From Octopus bimaculoides (lineage: Eukaryota): a stretch of 56,960 nucleotides of DNA. Both the position numbers and the translations under genes were made by a program. The stretch covers positions 175,662,577-175,719,536 of the forward strand of contig NC_068982.1 in NCBI RefSeq assembly GCF_001194135.2, read 5' to 3'. Of this stretch, positions 12,561 through 23,141 are shown piece after piece. The stretch's first letter is position 1. Each line of letters starts with the position of its first letter. Below the pieces are notes generated by a model. That model saw nothing but the letters and a program-made list of their open reading frames with translations, did not search any database and was not told the DNA's origin.

Positions 12561-13088
12561 ACTTGATAAAATCTTATATAGATTTTATCCTTATATTCAA
12601 TTGATAAATATTAAACTGGAATATATTCAACGCTGAATTATTTTGGTTATACACACGTGGCTGAGATGGACAAGATAAAAATCCTTTCATGGATGTATAA
12701 GTGTGAAAATTTGTATATGCTCTGTTGTGTCTGTATGCTATGTACAAATGTTGATATTTATATATTTCTGGTTATGTTTGCACTGATGAGTGGAGAGAGT
12801 GTTACAGCACTAACTATGAAATCGTTTCAATATGCAACTAAACCTTTTTAAAAGAATTTTTTTCTTTCTTCATTTCCTCGACTTCAGCACATGTATATTT
12901 TGATAAAGCAGTCTGACTTCAGCGTCCCTTTCCAGTGTGTGCCTTTACTTATAGTAACAACCCTTAATGTAATAAAGTATTTATAAAAAAAATTATATAC
13001 TTAGTATTAATTTTTTACCTTAATTGGTTTTACACACTGGATACTTGATAAAATCTTATATAGATTTTATTCTTATATTTAATTGATA
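12561..13088. repeat. 46-bp direct repeats with a 482-bp period
   Basis: 12561-12606 and 13043-13088 are identical at 44/46 positions. Confidence 0.9.
12770..12845 (+). ncRNA. Candidate degenerate type I hammerhead motif
   Basis: GGTTATGTTTGCA / TGCAACTAAAACC pair at 11 of 13 positions around CTGATGA (12783-89) ... GAAA (12818-21) ... ATA. Helix II contains an AGTGT/GCACT hairpin. Helix III is weak. Confidence 0.4.
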
Positions 13089-13089
13089 T

Positions 13090-13124
<35 letters not shown>

Positions 13125-13132
13125 CACACACA

Positions 13133-13239
<107 letters not shown>

Positions 13240-13854
13240 TCACATCACACACACACACACACATCACATACACAGGGAGAGAAAGAGTGCGAAAGAATGG
13301 CATGGATCTAAGAAATGCAAATTATGCATTGGTGAAGGATTGTACATTCATTTTAGATCTATGAATTCTACCACACTACTCAACACCAGATCTGGTATTT
13401 TCAGAAAATGTAAGCATATGTGCAAATTTCTGATGGGAAACTGGAGGACACCACCCTCTTTGGATTGAGCAGCTCTCTTGCAGACTTTGAACCCTTCTCC
13501 ATTGAATTATTCTACAACTAGTTTTATCATGATTTTTTCAGTCAAAGAGGATGTAACTCAAATTTTTTTCTTTTCTTTTTCTGCTTTTATTCACCCTTCC
13601 ACTTTTTGAATTAAGCTTCTCATTTTTTCTCATGATTTCCCATGATTTTCAAATAGAACAGACTGTGTGTTCAGAGCCCGGAGACTGCTTGGAGACACAA
13701 GGCATGTTTTAAAAACCTGCCTAGACACAAGTTTCTGCAGCACGAAACTGTTAGTAACTCATGCTTGAGGAGACATATCAGACTAAGTATAATCAGGAGC
13801 ATCCATTCATACAGGCATGTCCACTACAATCCTCTCAGCTGAGAGATCCTATTC

Positions 13855-14125
13855 TTGCAGGCCTACAGGTGCTGGGGCCATGTACAAGCACCTATGCTGA
13901 TACCATGTGAAAGCACTACATAAAAGTGCCTGTGTCAGTGCCATGTTAAAAGCACCCAGTACACTCTGCAAAGTGGTTGGCATTAGGAAGGGTATCCAGG
14001 TATCCAGCGATAGAAACCATGCCAAAACAGACAAATGGAACTCAGGCAGCTCTCCAACTGGCCAACTCCTGTTGAACCATCCAATCCATGCTAGCATTGA
14101 GAACGGATGTTAAATAAAGATGACG
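13855..14125 (+). mobile_element. RTE 3'-end fragment
   Basis: GGTTGGCATTAGGAAGGGTATCCAG...CCATGCTAGCAT. Confidence 0.8.
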
Positions 14126-14304
14126 AGAGATATATTCATATACTTACATAAAGGTGTGTGTGTGTGCGTGCATGTGTGTGTATGTGTGTGCGTGCATGCA
14201 TGTGTGTGTGTGTGTGTGTGTGTGTGTATGCGTGTGAAATAACTCATTTTTGGAATTGAATATAAATAGTAGCTGTAAATATTGGGTTGAAAAGAATATA
14301 TATA

Positions 14305-14358
14305 TACATGCAAAAACAGTTATACATGCAAAAACAGTTATACATGCAGAAACAGTTA
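14305..14358. repeat. 18-bp tandem repeat x3
   Basis: TACATGCA(A/G)AAACAGTTA. Confidence 0.95.
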
Positions 14359-15267
14359 GTCACTTTATCTTATTATATGTCTGTTCACGTTTTGTCACAG
14401 AAAAATTCCTCACAAATCCAAACTACTCTCCCTTTGACATTTACAAACACCCACTCAAACACATACATAAATATGTACATATTTCAGTTCCAACAACTAA
14501 TATCCCTCTACAAATTTTAAGTAGTTACTCTTTCTACATATAAGATCATGCTGCTTCTACAGATCCTGGACCATACCCAACAAGAAAAAGCCACATCAAT
14601 CTTTGTCAGTCTGCCTCACCCTCACTCACTTTTCCTCTTTTAACTGGGATCAATCTTGATCTTTGGCAAGATGCTACAATCTATCCCATTCTCTAAAAGA
14701 GCAGCACTAATTGTCTGATCACATTCACTTTGAAATTCAACTAGCCGGAATTTCCTCCCTTCACATATGTTTCTTGTAGCAGCTACTTCATAAAAGCTGA
14801 AGAACATTAACCATATTCATTTCACTGGTTTCGAAAAGCCTGCAAAAGTCATACACTAAGCCCTTTGTTTTGGACCAAACCAAAAGGAAGATTCACAAAA
14901 AATCGTATATGCACAAAATATGCAGATGCACATGCAAGAGAAACAAATGCTAACAAAAATAACAAAATCCATCCAAACAAACATACACATTCACACCACA
15001 AATAGAAAACCAAGTTAAACCATGTACTGACACATACACATGCACACACACACAGTAGACAGACAAACAAGTGCACACCATACAGATTACCATAATCAGA
15101 TTAATATAAACAAAACAGGATTACATAACATACTGTTAAGAAAATACAAGCATCTGGCCTTGTACATATTCAAACTGAATTATGATGCAATTAGGTCAAA
15201 CATATAATAGCCTGATTTTTCAGGACCTCACATCATCTCAGGGGAGTTAAAAATCACTATATACATG

Positions 15268-15327
<60 letters not shown>

Positions 15328-15499
15328 GTCTGATGTGGCTTTTCAAACCAGACAATGTATTGAAAAAAAACCTACATAGATTGCATATCTGATCTGGACC
15401 ACCAAGAGCTGTAATTTGGTTCTGATCTTTGTGGATCTTAAAATGTCCTTTGCGGCCTCCATTAGATTTTCAGACCTTATGGCATACACGGCATTGAAA

Positions 15500-15700
15500 G
15501 ATGTTCAGAGAGAGGTAGAAGTTAATTTTTCATGGATCTGCAAATGAGATTTGAGCCCAGCAAAAGAAAGGCATGGTCTGTCACAAACTGTGCTTCTTGC
15601 TCGCTTCATGCTCTTGCTTGATGAGGCTGGGGTCATCCCTGGTTAGTGGTCCTAGAGACATCATCATGCATAGAGCCAACCAGGTCCAGTAGTGCTTTCA
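15500..15700 (-). mobile_element. LINE C-terminal zinc-finger remnant (RTE/BovB-like)
   Basis: Minus strand gives VCDRPCLSFAGLKSHLQIHE. It is a single finger with no ZNF linker array. Confidence 0.5.
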
Positions 15701-15876
15701 GTTGCTAGTGGTTCCATGCTAGTCACTCTGCATACATACAATAATTACAATATAGGACAGGAATGCCTAACAGTTTTGTACTGATTCGTTGAGCTCTGAG
15801 TTAAAGCCCCATCAACTTTAACATTGCCTTCATTGTTTCACAATAAAGAAGTACCAATCCAGAGCAGTGGATTGCC

Positions 15877-16172
15877 AGAACTAAGAGTTGGACTAGATGT
15901 CTTGTGGTATCTGCTATGGTTAGTTGTGTTCTGACAAAGGGCGGCGAGCTGGCAAAAATGTTAGCACACCGGGCGAAATGGTTAGCGGTATTTCATCTGC
16001 TGTTACATTCTGAGTTCAAATTCCGCTGAGGTTGACTTTGCCTTTAATCCTTTCGAGGTTGATTAAATAAATACCAGTTACACACTAGAGTCGATGTAAT
16101 CGACTTAATCCCTTTGTCTGTCCTTGTTTGTCCCCTCTATGTCTAGCCCCATGTGGACAATAAAGAAATAGA
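15877..16172 (+). mobile_element. tRNA-derived SINE (family 3)
   Basis: GGCGGCGAGCTGGC head, GAGTTCAAATTCC B-box and core GACTTTGCCTTT.ATCCTTTCG.GGT.GAT.AAATAAATACCAG. Confidence 0.85.
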
Positions 16173-16408
16173 AAAAATAAATGCCTGCAATAATGCTACT
16201 ACCAAGGTATTTCAGACGAAGTCAGCAGTTTTTTCTTTAGATAACCTATGTGGCAAGGAGCGAGATTTGCAGAGCTGTACAACAGCCAGTCTTCTTCAAA
16301 AGTATTTTTATCTTTCCCACGCCTGTGAATATATGTGCAGATACAAGGTCAACCTTAACCAATGAAGGCCCACCCACATGCCTGCCCATTGACCCATCTA
16401 TTCACCCA

Positions 16409-16452
<44 letters not shown>

Positions 16453-16488
16453 TGTGTGTATGTGTGTGTATGTGTATGTTTATGAATA

Positions 16489-16521
<33 letters not shown>

Positions 16522-16702
16522 TATCTTTTACTCATTTCAGTCAATGAATGGTGGCCATGCTGGGGCACCACTTCAAAGGGTTTCAGTTGAACAAATCGAC
16601 CTTAGTACTTTCTAGTACTTATTCTGTCTCTTATGCCAAACTGCCAAGTTACGGAGTTGTAAACAAACAGTTATAGGGCAGTAACAGGACACAAATGCCA
16701 AC

Positions 16703-16739
<37 letters not shown>

Positions 16740-17214
16740 GCCAATGCCAGTGTCACATACCTGGCACCTGAGTCGGTGACATGTAAAAAGCACCCTTCAA
16801 ACTTTGGGCCTCATAGAGGCTGTGGCAAGTGACTGAGACCTTTGGCAATACACGGTGCTTGAGAAGACCTGTCAAGTTAAGTGAGATTGTAGTCATGACT
16901 GATGCTGTTGTTTCATAATTAGTACCCATGCTGGTGGCACGTAAAAAAGCACTCACTACACTCTTCTTGGAGTGGTTTGCATTACAGCATCCAGCTGTAG
17001 AAACCTTACCAAATCAGACTGAAACCTGATGCAGCTCCCCTGTTTACTAGTTTTCAGTCAAACCATCCAACCCATGACAGCATGGAAAACAAACATCAAA
17101 TGATGATGATGATGATGATATATATATCATCATCATCATCATCATCATTTAACGTCCGCTTTCCATGCTAGCATGGGTTGGACGATTTGACTGAGGACTG
17201 GCGCAACCGGACGG

Positions 17215-17215
<1 letters not shown>
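16740..17215. mobile_element. Two RTE 3' ends tail-to-tail (+ 16740-17118, - 17128-17215)
   Basis: (GAT)n, then (TA)4, then (CAT)n at the junction. Confidence 0.8.
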
Positions 17216-17254
<39 letters not shown>

Positions 17255-18544
17255 GATAAGCTTCTTACAGTTTCTGTGAACCAAATCCACTCATAAAGCT
17301 AGAAACAGAAAATCCAAGGAACAATCATATATATTTGCAAAACTGAATAAGAATAGTTTTTCCTGAAAATATTTTCCACTTTCATAAGAAATTTACAAAC
17401 TGTTAGATGTTTACAAATCGTATAATCATCATGATCACTTTAATGTCCATGTTCCATGATTACATGAGTTGGATGGTTGAACTGGAACTAAGAGGTCCAA
17501 GAACTGCATTGTTTTCGCATGGTTTATATAGCTGAATGTCCTCCTAAATGCCAACCACATTGTAGCATGCACCTGGTGCTTTATTCATGCCACCAGCTCA
17601 CACTGCGCTGCAGCCTCACAATTGCAATGTGACATGCAAGACTATGAATTCTGAGAGAGGCAGCTTTATGCGAGATAATGTGAGAACAGCAGAACAGAAT
17701 TCTTGCCACCGTTACATGACTACTCATATTTTAGAAGAGAGAGTGAGAGTGATCATAGTGGAGCAGAGAAGGGACAGAAATAGTGGACCCTCAAGGTATG
17801 AGGTGAAGAAAAGCAAATGAGGGTAATAGAACTAGGAGTGTGGGTAGGTAAAAAGATGGAGAATGGGTAGGGGGGTATAATAAAGAAAAGTGTGGGGTGG
17901 ACAATAAGTAGGTAGGGGAAGTAGGGAAGAGTAAGTGATGACTGTAGAGTTTGACAGGGGTAGATATAGTGAATGGTGGATAAAGGGTGGGTGACCAATG
18001 ATGTGTGGAGGTGAACAGCAGTAGAACTGTAAAGATGATACAGCAGGTGAAGGATATGAGAGAGTGAGAGGGCATGCACGTTTGTGCTTGTCAGTGCCTA
18101 CAAAACAATGCTAAGATACAGTTACAAGCAGTGCTATTCCTGTTTGTAGCTTGCCTACATGTAGTGATATCATTATTTATAGCTGGGCTGCAACCAATAA
18201 AGTTTGTTGACATTATTTATCAACAAAATCAGCCATTGTCTCAGTGCATTCCAATTCTTCTGAACAAACATTTTGCACTTGAAAAACATATGGGTGTAGC
18301 CAATACAAAATACATCCACCTGCAAAAATCATTTTCAAAATTTACTCCAGTCCAAGCCATAACGTTGCATGAAAGAACCATATGATGATATAAATGATGA
18401 TGTTACATATACTCGTATGTATACATATATACACGAGTGTGTGTGTGTGTATATATATTTATGGACTCACCCATCAATTTCAGTGTATGAGATTCCAACA
18501 AGCTACACTTTCTTTGTCAGTCGTAATGTTTATGCTGAATGCGA

Positions 18545-18995
18545 CATTTGAGTCCTGTCAATAATTTGCAAAGAATCCCAAAGATGCTGTATGCATGAGG
18601 ATGACAGGTCAGTGCAGGCGGTATATTTGCAACTGCTTTACTCTTTTGCCTTGCACCCCTTAGCCTGCTAATACTGGTTGAAAAAAAGTCTCTTTTATAC
18701 CATTTTGACACAACCATCTCCATTTTGTTTGCGATATTGACTGATGAGAGGGTACTCTTCAGCTTGACCTTATATCTGAGCCATGGTTGATCAACATTCC
18801 TGGGGCAAGTGTAATGCCCCTTTCATTCCATAGGTGATGACAGTGTTTGCCAAATGCGTTGGTGCTTTCACAAGTCAGTTGATAATTTCATCATCAAGGG
18901 AAGCACTCAAGTTCACTTTACCACCAAAATATGTAAATGACTTCACATACTTTAGGCTTTTCCCATCAACCTGTATAGGAGTGTTAGGAAAATTG
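18545..18995 (-). mobile_element. Degenerate BovB-like RTE post-RT fragment
   Basis: PIQVDGKSLKYVKSFTYFGGKVNLSASLDDEIIN*LVKA..NAFGK..HHLWNERGITL. Confidence 0.8.
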
Positions 18996-19344
18996 TGAAC
19001 TGGCAGCCTCTCTCTATATATATATATTTATACACACACGTGCACACATAAACTGACACACATATATATATATATATATATTGACATGACATAGATAAAT
19101 ACATATATACAGAAATTGACATATATCAAGGGTATGTGAGGTATTGGTGTCAAGAAGACCCAAAGGTGTCAGGTAATGTTGTGTAAGTGCTATGGACAGA
19201 CTATATTAAGCTCCAGGTTCGATAATGATATGAATGAGGAGTCCAACGTAGATCGTATATTAGCATGTATATATATAAAAATTAACAGAATGAGATAAAA
19301 AATCCAAGGCTGTGAATAGTTTCCAGAACATTTATAAAGAGAAG

Positions 19345-19392
19345 GTCTTACAGCTGTTTCCGGGATATTTTATATATCCCTTCATCAGAGAC
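19345..19392 (-). ncRNA. Type I hammerhead ribozyme motif, Penelope-like element terminus
   Basis: Minus strand reads GTCT-CTGATGA-A-GGGATAT-ATAAA-ATATCCC-G-GAAA-CAGCTG-TA-AGAC. This gives a 4-bp helix I, a 7-bp helix II, palindromic helix III and a GUA triplet. There is an A.G mismatch at 10.1/11.1. Confidence 0.75.
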
Positions 19393-20384
19393 GATGCGAG
19401 AAAATGTTTAAGTAATAGTTATTATAGAGAAGATATGAAATACAGAGTGAAGTGGAGGAATGAAAACAGACGTGAGATACAAAAGGATATTGTATATTTA
19501 AACAAACAAATAATGATAGATATATACATACATAAACTAAAAGGAATAACTAAGCATTTCAACTAATCTCTGCAAATTCTGCTAGTATCACACCTTAGCT
19601 AATAATAACTGAAATGGAGAACAAAAACATAAAGTAAAAATAAAAATAGAACAATCTACTCTGTCGTAACTATTGTTTCTGAAATGGACAGCAAATACAT
19701 ACCCACTACAATTCAAATCATGAGCTACAGCGAATTGTTGAAAATAAAACTATTTCACTTGACATAGGAAATACCCTATCTAATAAGCAGACACTTGATT
19801 TCAATAAAGTGTGTACATAGGTTGATTGTCCACTCAGTAGCAGTAAGAAATGCTTCCAACCTTGTATGGTGTATCACAATGTAACAAGGATAGCAAATAT
19901 ACATATATCTAAAGTAGTAACCATACACTACAAATTTGTGTCAATGAACATCAATTTGGCTATATACACACTATTCAGTTAAATTTTTTTTTTAAATAAA
20001 TAAAAAAACATGGATAAATGCTGAAAAAAAGTCAGAGTTATGATCAGAGCAACTAATATCTTTAAACACCCTCCTGCAGAGCTGAACAACTGTTTTGAGC
20101 TGCTGTTTAACTTTGGTTGACTTTCATTGTTTGATCTGAACTTAGTGTTTACAACTCAGTGTATACTACAAAGCTTTTTCACTTGTCCAATATTACAAAT
20201 TGTTTCCTGTGATATTTTATTCATGATTACAATCTTTTGTGTAGAAATTTTATTTTCTTCTTTTGCTTTCACTGTGTTGGCTTTTATACTATGATTTAGC
20301 TAGCTCTTTATGCTCAAACAGAGGCATAACTACAGATGTGTGCCGCCCTGACTGTTTCTTCCTAACTTTCTGAAAAAATGCCTA

Positions 20385-20790
20385 TTCTTTTATTCTTTTA
20401 CTTGTTTCAGTCATTTGACTGCGGCCATGCTGGAGCACCAGCTTTAGTCGAGCACATCAACTCCAGGACTGATTCTTTGTAAGCCTAGTACTTATTCTAT
20501 CGGTCGCTTTTGCCAAACCGCTAAGTTGCGGGGATATAAATACACCAGCATCGATTGTCAAGCGATGTTGGGGGGAACAAACACATACACACACACACAC
20601 ACACGCACGCACACACATATATATATACGACAAGCTTCTTTCAATTTCCGTCTACCAAATCCACTCACAAGGCTTTGGTCAGCCCAAGGCTATAGTAGAA
20701 GACACTTGCCCAAGGTGCCAGGAAGTGGGACTGTACTTGGAACCATTTGGTTAGTCAGCAAGCTACTTACCACACAGCCACTCCTGCACC
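20385..20790 (-). mobile_element. tRNA-derived CORE-like SINE (family 2), full length with central (CA)n/(TA)n
   Basis: Head GGAGTGGCTGTGTGGTAAG...GGTTCCAAG, core CACCTTGGGCAAGTGTCTTCTAC, and an AAAAGAAT-type tail. The resemblance to described octopus CORE-SINEs is from memory. Confidence 0.85.
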
Positions 20791-20794
20791 AATA

Positions 20795-21385
20795 TGCATA
20801 TTATTTTCATGAAATTTTGTTCAAATGTTTCAAAGAAAGTAGATTATGATTATGTTGAAATTTGTTTGTGGAGAATATTTTTTTCTTTTTCTGGGGGTGG
20901 CGGGAGTGAGGGGTCAAATAAATTCACTTGGTTCAACTTTGTTTCCTCATTACTTCTAGGGAAATGGATATCATTTATGAATTTTTCCATAAAATACATT
21001 CCTGAGGGTGTAGATTACAATTATGTTTGAATTTGATGTGAAAAAATAATTGAGTGAGAAGATAATTCCCACACCTATGAGGAACCAAAGTCAAGGTGTG
21101 TGAATTATCTGAAACTTACCCTATACCAAAAAAAAAAAAAGAAAATTTTCACATCAAATTCCAACAAACATAATCAACACCAATCTGAAATGATTTTATA
21201 GAAAATTTTTATTAAAAACATGCATTTTTCAGAAAGCTATAAAGAACAAAGTTGAAGTGAGTGAACTCTCTCAAATGTTTCTCCTCCCCTCCAAAAAGAG
21301 TTCTCACAACAAATTCTGAGAGCATCGTAATCTATACCAACTGAATGGCATCTCTGGAAAATTTCATTATAAAATATGCATTTTT
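20795..21385. repeat. Degenerate palindrome of about 590 bp
   Basis: Nested inverted matches, e.g. ATGTTTGAATTTGATGTGAAAA (about 21023) with TTTTCACATCAAATTC (about 21146), and GTTCAACTTTGTT with AACAAAGTTGAAG. Confidence 0.7.
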
Positions 21386-22728
21386 CAGAAAGTCATTAAG
21401 ATACAAAATTGGTGGTGGGAACACAACTGTAGTTACGCCTACATATATAGGCAAACACACTATGTAAAAGGTGCCATGGTAGCCCTCCATTGTTAAAGAA
21501 ACTCAAGTGATTTAAATTACTATTGAATATTTGATCACAGTAGTAAAATTATAGAAGCGAAACAATGAAATTATTTAAATAAAGATAGTTATTTCTAGTC
21601 CCCATTCTACCATGTGCTAAGATATAAATATAATGCTATATATTCCTTCTTTTCCTTCAACTACTTCTACAGCAGTTTCTCATCTACTGAATAAGTAGTA
21701 AGCTATGTACTAGCATGACTCAGTCTCACTCATACATCAGATCAAAAGCAACATGATTAGTACAGACTATCTGGATAGTTTGGATAAGATCATGTTTCTA
21801 TAGGCCAAGAATCATTTGAAATGGTGAGGATTTTTCAATATGACAATGAACTAAAGTAAACCACTGCAATAATCAAACAATTCATCAAAAACAAAAAAGT
21901 ATTTAAAGTGCTGCCAATTCACATCTGATAGAAATCATAAGAAAACAGATTGACACGAGTTTCAACAAAGAAAATGCAGGAAATTGAGAGAAATGCATCA
22001 CACACACACATACATAGAGTTAATATGATCATCAAACTTATAGATTCAATGTCTCATAGATGTGATTTTTTACTGAGAAATTTTGGGCAACTAAGCAACT
22101 ATAAGCACCATATGATTTTATTTCTTTTTTATCTTTAATGCACACGTTCCAATTTGCTTGAAAAAAATTATACTTTGAATTTTCTTAAATTAAATGACAT
22201 TCATATTTGTGGCATTTAGATAATCGCTAATTGCATTAGGCTAGTTTTAAATTTTTGTGTTTAAATTCAAATCGTTTAAAAGAGTGAAATATTAACTTTC
22301 TATTCATATATAATATCCATTATACGTAATAATTTAAAAGTAAGACGTGACTGATACTATCGCAAGGAAAAATAAATGCTTAGAGAGATAAGTCTTTATA
22401 AGTATATGCAGTATAATGTAAGCATGTGTAAAATGAGAAATAGCAGAGAAAATGATGGTGAGAACAGAACAAGAGTGGAAGGTAAAGACTACTGATTCAG
22501 ATGTTACCTGCTATTTCTACACAAGTAGTCACTGACATCCAAATGGGACCAAGCATGGAAATGGCAATTTCAACGCAATACAGAAGAGAGATCAGCTGTA
22601 CTTCCTTAATGTGCCTTTTTACATGTGAATAAAATGAACCAACAACTCTTGAGTAAATAGCTTTGCTATATTCACAGTGCAATGTTTATAATTAGCCTCA
22701 AAGGAAGTTTGATTCTAATGACGTATAT

Positions 22729-22910
22729 CATCATCATCATCGTTTAATGTCCATCTACCATGTTGAAAAGGACTGGACAGTTTGATAGGAGCTGGCAAGC
22801 CAGAGGACTGCATCAAACACTGCTGTATGTTTTAGCATGGTTTTCATGGCTGGGTACATTCCTAATGTCAACCACTTTACAGAGTGGATTGGGTGCTTTG
22901 CATGTGACAT
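22729..22910 (-). mobile_element. Diverged RTE 3'-end fragment
   Basis: (CAT)n-GTTTAATGTCC... tail homology. Confidence 0.7.
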
Positions 22911-23085
22911 CAAAGTTTAGTCAGGGAGGGAAGGGTAGTGCCCATGGCTCTTTGTTTCTTCAGAGTCTCAAAGACTGATGAGAAGAATGGAGAAATTTAT
23001 CTTCAAAATCAGGGATCTAGCTTGACTATTTCTTCCTTTAACAGGGTAAACTCTGTTAATGGAAGGAATTCAAGATATAGGTACT

Positions 23086-23141
23086 AGTGTTAAACAGGGC
23101 AACATATTAGACCAGTGTTAAACAGGGCAACAGATTAGACC
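23086..23141. repeat. 28-bp tandem duplication
   Basis: AGTGTTAAACAGGGCAACA(T/G)ATTAGACC x2. Confidence 0.95.

Noticed and set aside
14755-14800. Minus-strand TTTATGA-AGTAGCTGCTACAA-GAAA-CATATG-TG
   Set aside because: Two core mismatches, a non-cleavable GUG triplet and no helix I. At most an unrecognisable relic.
15531-15590. Exon of a host C2H2 zinc-finger gene
   Set aside because: A single finger lacking its first Cys, with no TGEKP linkers. The pattern fits a LINE C-terminus.
17800-18075. G-quadruplex or coding signal in a purine-rich tract
   Set aside because: The G-runs are irregular with long loops. The ORFs are low-complexity antisense reads.
21112-21145. 1-nt microexon (tag|G|gtaagt) on the minus strand
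   Set aside because: It lies inside a decayed foldback repeat, and the pyrimidine tract is just a poly-A run. Chance is likely.
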